Of a DNA stretch of 64,000 bases, positions 32,852 to 42,433 are shown piece by piece. The position numbers and the translations under genes are program-made. The notes beneath the pieces are model-generated. The model made no database searches. It saw nothing but the letters and a program-made list of their open reading frames with translations, and had not been told where the DNA came from. Numbering within the stretch: the stretch's first letter is position 1; the number at the start of each line of letters is the position of its first letter. The stretch comes from an uncultured Rivularia sp. (lineage in GTDB: Bacteria; Cyanobacteriota; Cyanobacteriia; Cyanobacteriales; Nostocaceae), in NCBI GenBank assembly GCA_963665115.1, contig OY762007.1, forward strand, positions 736,001 to 800,000, written 5' to 3'.

Positions 32852-33070
32852 TTAATTATTAGCTTTTTCGACTAATTTCTTAAAATACAAATATGCTTCT
32901 TCTGGTGTTAGTGCTTCTGATTTATCATCATGGGCAATAAAGTATTCTCTGCTGTCGGCAAAGAAACGTACTGTAAAGCTTGGTATTAAACCTAGTTTTA
33001 AAGCCTGTTTTCCTAACTCATCGGTTGTATCAGCTAAAGAATATCCGTCGTGAAATTTGGAAGCAGACAT
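32852..33070 (-). CDS. Small hypothetical protein
   Basis: 72-aa ORF with AGGAG RBS upstream. Confidence 0.65.
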   Translation of the reverse strand: MSASKFHDGYSLADTTDELGKQALKLGLIPSFTVRFFADSREYFIAHDDKSEALTPEEAYLYFKKLVEKANN

Positions 33071-33163
33071 TTTTTCTCCTTTTTATTTATTAATTATTTA
33101 TCTATCTATTTACTAATAGTTTTTGATGCCATTTTTTTATAAAAGCACCAAAAACTATAAAAA

Positions 33164-33469
33164 TTACATTTCTTGCTGATATTTCTCTAAAATATCTACC
33201 AAACTGACTTGGCACTGTGAAGGTACCAAATCTAATAAAGATATTTCACTTTTACCGCCACCAACCTTGATGGGGATAGACTGTAAAACATGAATGACAT
33301 CTTCTTCATCCACGGATTTACCGGAACTTATTAAAGGATAAACTTGTTCGGCGACAACGGTATGCAGTTTTGCATCAGACAAATAAAGGTGCCACTTAGC
33401 GATATCTATATAGACATTTTCGCCAATTTCAGCGGCTAGGGCTTCCATGAATTCTGCGTTGTTAGACAT
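33164..33469 (-). CDS. Conserved cyanobacterial protein (DUF3181-like)
   Basis: LAAEIGENVYIDIAKWHLYLSDAKL...VGGG motif. Confidence 0.75.
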   Translation of the reverse strand: MSNNAEFMEALAAEIGENVYIDIAKWHLYLSDAKLHTVVAEQVYPLISSGKSVDEEDVIHVLQSIPIKVGGGKSEISLLDLVPSQCQVSLVDILEKYQQEM

Positions 33470-33594
33470 AGCCTTAAAATAGTTCTATAGAGTTAACGCC
33501 ATAATATTGATAAGTTTTGTGAGAATTATGCTGAAATTCTCAAGTTAACTCTACCACCACAAGTTGCGATCGCCTTCACACTGATAGTCCATCT

Positions 33595-33852
33595 TTAGGT
33601 AGATTTTGGATTATCTGAATAATCAGCAATGACTGAAATATAAATCAGATGGGAGACTAATATTCCTAACCAACTTAATGTCAGAATGGGCAGCCATTCC
33701 CAGTTAGTTGAAAGAAAATTGTGAAAAAACCACAAGCTGGAATTAAATAAACCAAATGTCGCTACGTGAACGGCGAAATTTATCCTATCCTCTAGCTTAC
33801 GGTAAGCTGGGTCGTTTTTGCGGTCTGGTTCGCGGGGCCAACGTGGAGGCAT
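33595..33852 (-). CDS. 2TM domain membrane protein
   Basis: MPPRWPREPDR..DPAYRKLEDRINFAVHVA followed by two TM helices. Confidence 0.8.
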   Translation of the reverse strand: MPPRWPREPDRKNDPAYRKLEDRINFAVHVATFGLFNSSLWFFHNFLSTNWEWLPILTLSWLGILVSHLIYISVIADYSDNPKST

Positions 33853-33882
33853 AAATATTAATTAAAAAATAAACGGTACGGT

Positions 33883-34006
33883 GTAGAGACGGAGGTAGTG
33901 TCACGAGTGAAATGAGTAAGCAAGATGCTGGCACTACAGAAAATTCAGTATTTACCAGTGAAAGCTAGCGAGCAAGATGCTCGCACTACAGAAATTCGTC
34001 TCTACA
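33883..34006. repeat. Nested REP elements (outer GTAGAGACG...CGTCTCTAC enclosing two AGCAAGATGCT(C/G)GCACTAC copies)
   Basis: Direct inspection. Confidence 0.6.
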
Positions 34007-34237
34007 TCATTTCTATAATTTTAATGTTATCCGCGCCACAAATCTAATTTACTTAAGATAGTTGCTCTAAGCCTAAAAGCTGGAGCTACAATTACGAAGC
34101 CCACCTGCGTAGGCTAAATTAAGCGCATCTTTATAAAGATAAGAATCCAAAATCTAAAATCCAAAATAGATATGACTATCTTTGAGCAAATAGATGAAGA
34201 TATGTATTTTCCCAACGGTGACGGCAAACCAATCTTC

Positions 34238-34399
34238 TTATCTCGAATAAATTTTCGTATCTGCCGTGCTGTAATTATTGAATTCTATATGAATGAAACT
34301 GACAGCATATTTCCCTTCTTCCACTTCCCATAAATTCACTTCATAGAGACTTTCGGCATTTACTTGATAATGAAGCCTCGTGCGTTGAATTAAATTCAT
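34238..34399 (-). pseudogene. Truncated WGR-domain-like gene fragment
   Basis: MNLIQRTRLHYQVNAESLYEVNLWEVEEGKYAVSF resembles N-termini of cyanobacterial WGR proteins (recollection). Confidence 0.4.
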
Positions 34400-34611
34400 A
34401 ATTTTTGTTTTACACCCTGAGAATAATATAAAGTCCGTTTAATTCTGGTTTACGCTATAGTTTCTCCTTGCCACAAGAAAGAAACAGTTTAAATATATAC
34501 ATTCAGGTACGATTCAAAATCCATTTTCGCTTACTTTTTCGGAATTCTCCAATGGCAAACTTGTAGTTATCAATTAAACTGAGCTTTTATCAGGAAATCA
34601 TTAATATTACT

Positions 34612-35883
34612 ATGTCGCGCAAAAAGAAAGAGCCGAGCGGGTGCGGATGTTTAAATATTCCAATATCAGTAATTGTACTGCTTTTAGGAGGTGGTATCTG
34701 GTTATTTACTCAGAGAGATAACTTAGGTATTAGCAAAATTATTCCTAATACAGATCGGTTAAATATTCCTTTTATTTCTACAAAACCGACTCCAACTGTT
34801 ACTTCAGTTCCGACTTCAGTTACTTCTTCACCTCCCAAAGAATCACCTCCAAAACTTCCTTTAAATCCGACTCCAATCGCTTCTTCAACTCCTATACCAA
34901 CACTAAAAGTAACACCAACACCTACTTCATCTCCAGAAATAAAAGCTCAGAAAAAACCAGTTGCAGTTAAACCAACACCTGTACCTAAGACACCTTGGGA
35001 GAAAAAAGAAATTAGAGGCATTTATTTAAGTCGTTATAACATCACTAATAATACCAGCGAGAAAGTAATTCGCCAAAGAGTTCGTTACTACAAGAGTAAA
35101 GGATTTAATACTATTATTCATGGTGTTTGGGGAAATGCTTGTACCATGTATAAAAGCGAAGTTATGCAGCAAACTTTGGGCTATAAAAGTTGTCCAAATC
35201 TATTTAAAGATAAATGGTTGGATTGGTTAATTGATGAAGCACATAAACAGGGAATGGAAATTCATGCTTATTTTGAAAAAGGGATAAAAATCGATAAAAA
35301 TAGTCCGATATTCGATTTAGCAGTTGAGAAAAGATGGATTGTTCCCGGTGTAGATAAAACCTATGCAGGCATCGATCATTATGTGCTTGATGTTGAGATT
35401 CCTGAAGTTGCGAATTTCTTTAGAGATATTTTAGCCGAATTTGTAACAAAGTATCCCAAAATCGATGCAGTGCAATGGGATGATTATTTAGGATATCATG
35501 CGGAATTACCGGGAAAAGTTAATCGCACCGATAAATTAACTAAGTTTACACAGCAGATGATAGCAGCGATGAAACAAGCTAACCCTTCAGTTAGTTTTGA
35601 TCTTTGTCATCACAATCCTTATTGGGCTAAACGATATTTTGCAGCAGATTATCAAAAATGGAAAGTTGATAGAATATTTATTCAGGCTTATAACGAAGAT
35701 GGTTTCAACGAAGAAGTGAATTACGCTAAAAAAGTTGATGGCATTGCTATTAGCGATAAACAGTTTCATCGCGTAGAAGAATTAGTAAAAAATAAAGATA
35801 TTAAGAGCATTTTAGTATTTCCGATTGCTGGGAAACCCAAAGAAACTGCTTATAAATTAAATGAATTAATAGAAAAAAAGTAG
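34612..35883 (+). CDS. Glycoside hydrolase family 10-like (GHL10/DUF187) membrane-anchored protein
   Basis: TM helix, P/T-rich linker, EIRGIYL, EAHKQGMEIHAYFE, IDAVQWDDY. Confidence 0.8.
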   Translation: MSRKKKEPSGCGCLNIPISVIVLLLGGGIWLFTQRDNLGISKIIPNTDRLNIPFISTKPTPTVTSVPTSVTSSPPKESPPKLPLNPTPIASSTPIPTLKVTPTPTSSPEIKAQKKPVAVKPTPVPKTPWEKKEIRGIYLSRYNITNNTSEKVIRQRVRYYKSKGFNTIIHGVWGNACTMYKSEVMQQTLGYKSCPNLFKDKWLDWLIDEAHKQGMEIHAYFEKGIKIDKNSPIFDLAVEKRWIVPGVDKTYAGIDHYVLDVEIPEVANFFRDILAEFVTKYPKIDAVQWDDYLGYHAELPGKVNRTDKLTKFTQQMIAAMKQANPSVSFDLCHHNPYWAKRYFAADYQKWKVDRIFIQAYNEDGFNEEVNYAKKVDGIAISDKQFHRVEELVKNKDIKSILVFPIAGKPKETAYKLNELIEKK

Positions 35884-35950
35884 ATGTAGGTTCGTAGTAG
35901 CGCTTTAGCGCATCCGGGAAGAGGTGCTGAAGCGCTACTACGAACCTATT

Positions 35951-36244
35951 TTAATTCAATTCCCACACGATTATTTTAGATTCTTTATCCTTAACTCGAT
36001 TAATAAAATGTAATTTTTCCAAAGTCCGTAAATAGATTTTACAGGTATTACTATTTAATCCCGTTTCCGTAACTATTTCTTCCGTACTTAGTTTACTATC
36101 CGAACTTTTTTGAATCTCTAACAGTATATGATTCGCAGTATTTATATAAGAAACAAAACACAAGTTAGTTATTTCTGAAGCTTTGATTAAATCCTGCTTC
36201 TTTGCTTCTTTCAAAATCGAAAATACTTTTTGTTCGTCTGCCAT
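35951..36244 (-). CDS. Small winged-helix protein
   Basis: LSTEEIVTETGLNSNTCKIYLRTLEKLHFI HTH pattern. Confidence 0.65.
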   Translation of the reverse strand: MADEQKVFSILKEAKKQDLIKASEITNLCFVSYINTANHILLEIQKSSDSKLSTEEIVTETGLNSNTCKIYLRTLEKLHFINRVKDKESKIIVWELN

Positions 36245-36340
36245 TTTTCAATGCAATCCTTTCTAGGGATTTTATCATGCTTTGAAATATCTAATCTCGT
36301 TCGATTCCGCTATCATTTTAATGAGTTTTAAGAAACGCTA

Positions 36341-36445
36341 AGGGCACAACAAGAAGCTCAATGCGCCGATGTTGCAGAACAAAAAGCCCAACAAATGGCG
36401 GAAAAGTTGCGCGAGTTAGGGATAGATCCAGATAGTTTGAGTTAT
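36341..36445 (+). pseudogene. C-terminal remnant of a Uma2-family endonuclease gene
   Basis: RAQQEAQCADVAEQKAQQMAEKLRELGIDPDSL is the typical Uma2 tail; in-frame stop immediately upstream and no start. Confidence 0.6.
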
Positions 36446-36552
36446 TGCAATAAACTCAAGCTCATAATTCATTGAACATTTAAGCCTAGTCTCTTATATA
36501 CTTCCTGAGCAGGAATACCTTTTTTACCATTTTTATGTGCTTCGCGTGAGGC

Positions 36553-36749
36553 AATTAATATGCAGTTTAACTTCTTCTCTAATTTCTTTACCAGCATCAG
36601 CATCGGCAAAAAAATTTAAACCAGTTTTTTTCATTTCACATTTTGCAGCACTATCAGAAACCCGGTTTCTTGCTCGTCTCACACTGAGTTAATTGTGTTT
36701 CACCAAAAAAAACCGGGTTTCTAAAGGCTCGTTAAATTGCATATTAATT
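36553..36749. mobile_element. 197-bp MITE-like element
   Basis: 19-bp terminal inverted repeats AATTAATATGCAGTTTAAC / GTTAAATTGCATATTAATT (1 mismatch); internal AGAAACCCGGTTTCT palindromes. Confidence 0.65.
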
Positions 36750-36843
36750 CCTTCTGTTATTTCTATACAAAGATAAATATAATTAAACCCACCTTAACGA
36801 TGGGCTTTGTTTCTGTAGACTCTACAAAAATGATAAATCCGTT

Positions 36844-37614
36844 TTAAAAGTTGTAACTAAAAACCTGAATTGCGCTATTCTCTGGTAAACTACCAGGACT
36901 CACGCTAATCGTATCGCTTTCACTACGGCGTACATTCATTCCGCCCATTATCGCTAGAAAATCATCTACAGGCGCAATATCACAATTTTCGTTGTCGGCA
37001 GCTTGGGTACGATAATGAGTAGGAACAACTAGCTTCGGATTTAGAACTTGAATTGCCTTTCTAGCTTCCTCAGCATTGTAAGCCTTATCGCTACCACCTA
37101 CAGGTACTAATAGCACGTCAGGACGACCCATCAAAATCTTCTGTTCTAAGGAAATAGGTGCAGCAGCCCCTCCCAAATGTAAGATGTTGACTCCTGCTTG
37201 CTTCCACTGCCAAGCCGTATTTATACCAAAACGTTTTCCACCAACGCGATCGTGATCTATGGCTATTCCTTGAAACTTGATTCCTTTAAACTGGTAAACC
37301 CCAGGCTGATAAATTAATTTAGGTCCTCCCGGCAAACCTTCTACCGCACCTTCATCCAACAATTGGCTGCTAATTAACACCAACTCGGCAGCAACATTGG
37401 GTGGACGATAGCCAGCAGTACAGCCTATAGTACGGAAAGGATTAACTAAGATTTTTGTACCGCCACCCGTAAACAAAAAGCTAGTATGGCCTAACCACTT
37501 AATTGATAGCGAATCACCAGATTGGGCATTTACTCGCAACCCAGAACCTAAGTTAGCAAACAACGCACCTGCTAACCCCGCTCCAGCGTAGCCAATCAAT
37601 TGTCGTCGTTTCAT
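36844..37614 (-). CDS. MBL-fold (Lactamase_B_3-like) exported protein
   Basis: MKRR Tat-like leader, IKWLGHTSF, LLVPVGG, VVPTHY. Confidence 0.85.
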   Translation of the reverse strand: MKRRQLIGYAGAGLAGALFANLGSGLRVNAQSGDSLSIKWLGHTSFLFTGGGTKILVNPFRTIGCTAGYRPPNVAAELVLISSQLLDEGAVEGLPGGPKLIYQPGVYQFKGIKFQGIAIDHDRVGGKRFGINTAWQWKQAGVNILHLGGAAAPISLEQKILMGRPDVLLVPVGGSDKAYNAEEARKAIQVLNPKLVVPTHYRTQAADNENCDIAPVDDFLAIMGGMNVRRSESDTISVSPGSLPENSAIQVFSYNF

Positions 37615-38214
37615 TTACTTATCTGCATATAATTTTTCTAGAAAGTTTTGCAATAATTGCTTTCCCGAATTTGTCAGGATACTCTCTGGATGAAATTGGA
37701 CTCCTTCTATGTGAGAAAAGTTCCTGTGTCGCACTCCCATAATCGTCCCATCTTCAACCCAGGCAGTGATTTCTAACGCATCCGGAATTGTATCTCGCTC
37801 TATTACTAAACTATGATACCTGGTTGCGGTCATCGGATTATCCAATCCGCGAAAAACTCCTACTCCAGTATGAAAAACTTCAGAAGTTTTACCATGCATC
37901 AAACAGGCAGCAGAAACTATTTTACCGCCAAATACTTGACCTATACTTTGATGCCCCAAACATACGCCTAGAATGGGGTACTTCTCCCCCAATTCTTCAA
38001 TTAATTGTAAAGAAATTCCTGCATCTTCTGGTCTTCCGGGGCCAGGAGAAATCACTATCCCATCTGGCTCCAATGCCCGAATTTCATCCAAAGATATTTT
38101 ATTGTTACGAAATACCTCAATTCTAGCTGCCACGGGAAAATTTACAGCCAGTTCACCCAAATACTGTACCAAATTATAGGTAAAGCTGTCGTAATTATCT
38201 ATAACTATCAGCAC
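37615..38214 (-). CDS. trpG: Anthranilate/aminodeoxychorismate synthase component II
   Basis: [32 protein letters not shown] start at 38214 inferred. Confidence 0.93.
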   Translation of the reverse strand: MLIVIDNYDSFTYNLVQYLGELAVNFPVAARIEVFRNNKISLDEIRALEPDGIVISPGPGRPEDAGISLQLIEELGEKYPILGVCLGHQSIGQVFGGKIVSAACLMHGKTSEVFHTGVGVFRGLDNPMTATRYHSLVIERDTIPDALEITAWVEDGTIMGVRHRNFSHIEGVQFHPESILTNSGKQLLQNFLEKLYADK

Positions 38215-38311
38215 AGCGATTAAACTCCCAAGTTTTATCTCTGATGCCAAGTTTATCCGATTGTCTTAACTGTTTGTCCTAACTGTTTGTCTTAACTGTA
38301 AATTTTAAAAG

Positions 38312-38767
38312 TCACAAAGACGATAAAATCAACTCGAACAAAGGAGGCAATATAAGCATAGCAGCTACCAGTAACGCCACCAAAGCCGAAACCAACACCG
38401 CAGCAGCAGCACAGTCTTTAGCAATTTTCGCTAATTCGTGATACTTTTGCTCAACTGTCAAATCAACAACAGATTCAACGGCTGTATTAAGCAGTTCCAA
38501 AGCCATAACTAAACCACTAGTAACTGCGATTACCGCAATTTCGACCGCTTGCAAATGTAAAAAAACGCTCAAGCCAATAGCCAAAGCGCAAACAGATATG
38601 TGGATGCGGAAATTACGCTGAGTTTGAAAAGCGTAAGTAATTCCAGCCCAGGCATATTTAAAACTAACAAACAAGTTGGAGGCAACTGCCCAAGATAATT
38701 CTCTTTGTTTAGACACTACGGTTTCTAAACGGTTTACTTTAGGTGAAGATGAAATTTGCTGGGACAT
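38312..38767 (-). CDS. dgkA: Diacylglycerol/undecaprenol kinase
   Basis: QRNFRIH, ELLNTAVESVVD, AKIAKDCAAAAVL. Confidence 0.9.
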   Translation of the reverse strand: MSQQISSSPKVNRLETVVSKQRELSWAVASNLFVSFKYAWAGITYAFQTQRNFRIHISVCALAIGLSVFLHLQAVEIAVIAVTSGLVMALELLNTAVESVVDLTVEQKYHELAKIAKDCAAAAVLVSALVALLVAAMLILPPLFELILSSL

Positions 38768-38920
38768 AGGCTAATAAGTATGATTGCTACAAGCGTGAGA
38801 TGAATTTTTCCCGAGTTTTAAAGACTAATTAAAAACTAAATCAACGTTTTCCCAATTTTATACAGGAACATTTTTAAAGAGATAATTGAAATATGACATT
38901 AAAAAAATTCATAAGCGAAT

Positions 38921-39463
38921 CTATTCTAGGTCTATATCAATACTCAATGTCTTCAGTAGCATTACCTGCTTTTCCAGCATTCTTCGTAAACTTTCTTCAT
39001 CAGGATGATCCCACCCGATAAGATGTAGCAAACCATGAGATGCTAGCCAAGCTAATTCTGTTTTTAAGGGATGTCCTTGTTGTATCGCTTGCTTACGAGC
39101 AGTATCAACGGAAACAACAATATCACCTAAATATAAAGGTTCATTCTCGGTATCAATTTCTGTAACGTGTGGCGAATCTACTTCCAAAGCCGCAAAAGCC
39201 AAAACATCTGTAGGCTTATCTTGATAACGGTATTGAGAATTTAGGGTTTGAATCTCCGAGTCATCTGTCAAACGCAACCCAATTTCAATAGCAGAAACTG
39301 GGGAGATATCGGATTTCATCATATCCACCCATTCACAAAACCATTTGTCCCAAGTTTCTGCACAAATGCGGACATCTTGATGCTCATTCTCCACAGCCTC
39401 GTTTGGAGAAGATTCATAATAATTATCCTGCACGTAAACTTCAACGGAAAGCCGTTTATCCAC
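38921..39463 (-). CDS. ybeY: rRNA maturation RNase YbeY
   Basis: DKPTDVLAF, LGDIVVS, HGLLHLIGWDH. Confidence 0.95.
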   Translation of the reverse strand: MDKRLSVEVYVQDNYYESSPNEAVENEHQDVRICAETWDKWFCEWVDMMKSDISPVSAIEIGLRLTDDSEIQTLNSQYRYQDKPTDVLAFAALEVDSPHVTEIDTENEPLYLGDIVVSVDTARKQAIQQGHPLKTELAWLASHGLLHLIGWDHPDEESLRRMLEKQVMLLKTLSIDIDLE

Positions 39464-39477
39464 TCAAGCTCCCCTCG

Positions 39478-39633
39478 TCAATGAGTTAGATAAGCAAGAC
39501 CAATTAAAACAGCCAACAGTCCAAAAGTAGTAAGTGCAAAATGCTTGAGCGAGGTGCCACCCTTTTGCACCATATTCCGCATTGCCAGTTTCGTATAGCT
39601 GGGTTTATCTTCCTTGGTAGAAGAGTCGTTCAT
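39478..39633 (-). CDS. Small membrane protein (DUF3285-like)
   Basis: PSYTKLAMRNMVQKGGTSLKHFALT; lies between prfB and ybeY. Confidence 0.75.
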   Translation of the reverse strand: MNDSSTKEDKPSYTKLAMRNMVQKGGTSLKHFALTTFGLLAVLIGLAYLTH

Positions 39634-39853
39634 AAAAATTCCATAACAAACTCTTCTACCAATGTAACAACTTGTTGAGAAATGGAGCGCCAATTTGGCA
39701 TTTTTTAGAATTTGGGCATAGGGGATGGGGGATGGGACATTGTTAAATATTTAGGAGTTAGGAGTAGCAAGTAGAGAGTAGTGAATTAGTTTTATTTTCT
39801 GCCCATCTCCCCCTCTCTCCAATGCCCAATCCCCATTACCCATTTCCAATTCC

Positions 39854-40973
39854 CTATTCCCCATTCTCCGTTACTTGGTTTTCCTGTCGCAGATAGGCTT
39901 GAATGAAGGAATCTAGTTCTCCATCCATCACGTCTGTTATGGCTGTTGTTTCGATGTTGGTACGCAAGTCTTTTACCATCTGGTAAGGATGGAATACATA
40001 GTTACGTATTTGATTTCCCCAACTTGCTTCCACCATATCACCGCGAATTTCAGCGACTTCTTGGGCGTGTTGTTCTTGAGCCACAACCAACAGCTTTGCT
40101 TTGAGACGAGCAAGGGCTTTTTCTTTGTTTTGCAGTTGCGATCGCTCTTCGGTACATCGCACTGCAATACTTGTGGGCAAGTGAACAATTCGGACTGCCG
40201 TTTCTACTTTGTTGACGTTTTGTCCGCCTTTACCGCCTGCCCTGGATGTAGTAATTTCTAAATCCTTATCGGGAATATCCAATTCTACATTGCCGTCTAT
40301 CTCAGGCATGACTTCTACGCCAGCAAAACTGGTTTGTCGCTTACCGTTAGCGTTGAAAGGAGAAATTCTAACTAACCGATGGGTACCCATTTCCGAACGC
40401 AAATACCCGTAGGCATAGCGCCCGGTAATTTCTAGAGTTACCGATTTTATACCAGCTTCATCTCCATCCGATTTATCGCTTATTGCAACCTTATAACCGT
40501 GACTTTCTCCCCAGCGCGTATACATTCGCAGCATCATTTCCGCCCAATCTTGAGCGTCAGTACCGCCAGCACCGGCTGTTATTGTTAGAGAAGCGCCTTT
40601 GCTATCGTAAGGGCCAGAAAGTAACTGCTGTAACTCCCACTGGTCGAGTTCGCGGCTGAGACTTGTAACGTTAGATACAGCTTCATTCAGTAGCGACTCG
40701 TCGGTATCGGACTCTAAAAGTTCGACAACTGCGCGGGTATCTTCTAAGCTAGAATGCCAGTTATGATACTGTTGCAGATAAGATTTAAGTTCGTTAAGCT
40801 CTTGCAGGGTATCTTGAGCTTGATTTTGATCTTCCCAAAATTCCGGCTGTGCTGCAATTTGTTCTAAATCTTGAATTTTAGCTTTGAGTGCGGGTAAGTC
40901 AAAGATAGTCCTGAGTTTTACCCAGGCGATTAGATAACGTTTCGATTTCCCGTTTGATCTCTAGAACTTCCAT
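39854..40973 (-). CDS. prfB: Peptide chain release factor 2 with programmed +1 frameshift (~372 aa)
   Basis: 24 codons MEVLEIK...QDYL, then CTT-TGA-C, then +1 frame DLPALKAK... with SPF and GGQ motifs. Confidence 0.97.
40898..40912 (-). promoter_or_regulatory. prfB +1 frameshift cassette (AGGA internal SD-like, CTT TGA C)
   Basis: Minus strand reads CAG GAC TAT CTT TGA C. Confidence 0.95.
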
Positions 40974-41117
40974 ATTTGTTTGTGATTTTTATTAGCTTTG
41001 ATGCTTCTAGAATCTCAGTGTATTTTATATCCCTTTATGATTCTAGCGAAGGAATTGGGGATTGGCATGGGGGATTGGGGATTGGGGATTGGGGATTGGA
41101 TGTTAAGAATAAAAGAT

Positions 41118-41187
41118 GGTGCGTGACGGCAATTTCAATTTATCGGGCTATGCTTTGATAATTTATCGTAGCCGTCACGCACCCTAC
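41118..41187 (-). repeat. GTAG-led palindromic element (GTAGGGTGCGTGACGGC...GCCGTCACGCACC); copies at 42363-42431 and 43592-43654
   Basis: Three copies delimit the duplicated RF2-paralogue units. Confidence 0.8.
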
Positions 41188-42264
41188 AATTTGAGATAAG
41201 CTTTGGTGAACAAATCAAGGTTTCCTTTCATCACTTCTTCAATGTCAGTTGTTTCTACGTTGGTACGTAAATCTTTAACTTTTTGGTAAGGATGAAAGAT
41301 GTATTCGCGGATTGGGTTATTATCTACATTTTTGGATGATGGTTTTTTGACATCTGTAAGTGCAACACCTTGAGCTTGCATTAATGAAAATAGCTTACTT
41401 TTAACAACAGCTAAGGCTTTTTCCTTATTAAGCAATTGAGAACGTTTATCTCTAGAAGTGAAGGAAATACCAGTAGGAATATGAGTTACTTTCACTAATA
41501 CGCTTCTGCGGTTACTGTTAGGGTTGCTAGGCTGTACATAAAATTCCAAATCCTGTATCGGAATTTCAAATACCGATTCATCTATAATCGGCGTAACTTC
41601 CACCTTTGCAAAACTAGTTTTAATAGCAGCCTTTTTACAAAAAGGTGAAATTCGTTTCAGTTGATGAATTCCTTGCTCGGATTTGAGATATCCATAAGCA
41701 TACTTACCGAAAATTTCTAAAGTCACATAGTTAAAGCCAACCAATTCTCCTATCGACTCGTCCAAAAACCGGAGTTTGCAGTCATGGCGATCGCACCAAT
41801 CATCGTACATTTGTAGCAACATATGTACCCAATCTTGGGAATCTAGATCGTTATTACCAGCAGTAATAGTAATAAAAGCTCCTTTATCATCAAAAGGCTG
41901 ATTCAGCAGGCTGATGATTTCAACGTGTTTGAGTTGGCTGCTTAAGAAATCATAGTTAGTTTGCAATTCTTGCTGTAACTGCTCGTCAGCTTCAGATTCC
42001 AAAAGTTCTAAAGCTGCTTTGGCATTATTCAAACAAGTTCGCAATTCTTGATATTTTTCTTGTTCGTAGAATATCAAATAGGTTAATTCTTGAAGGGAGT
42101 TATGAGCAATTACGGTATCTTGCCAAAATTCAGGTTTTATAAGTAGCTTTTCTAGATCCCTTACTCTTGCACTTATTTTATGGATGTCAAAGACAGTGTT
42201 GAGGTTGGCTGAGGAACTTAGATAATGTTTCGATTTCGCGTTTTACTTTTGATAGTGCCAGCAT
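41184..42264 (-). CDS. RF2 paralogue A, GGQ-less, with CTT-TGA-C frameshift site at 42186-42192 (~359 aa if shifted)
   Basis: 25 codons [25 protein letters not shown], then +1 frame DIHKISARVRDLEK...PEFW...RISPF...YIFHPYQKVKDLRT; GGQ loop replaced by QPSNPNSNRRS. Confidence 0.85.
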
Positions 42265-42433
42265 ATTTTTCTCTTGTTGAGACACGTTAAATGAATTGTA
42301 GTACAAAAATGGGGATTGGTGATAGGGAATTGGGCATTGGGGATTGGGGATTAATAACAGGTGGTGCGTGACGGCAATTTCAATTTATTTCGTTATGTTT
42401 GATAATTTATTAGAGCCGTCACACACCCTACAA

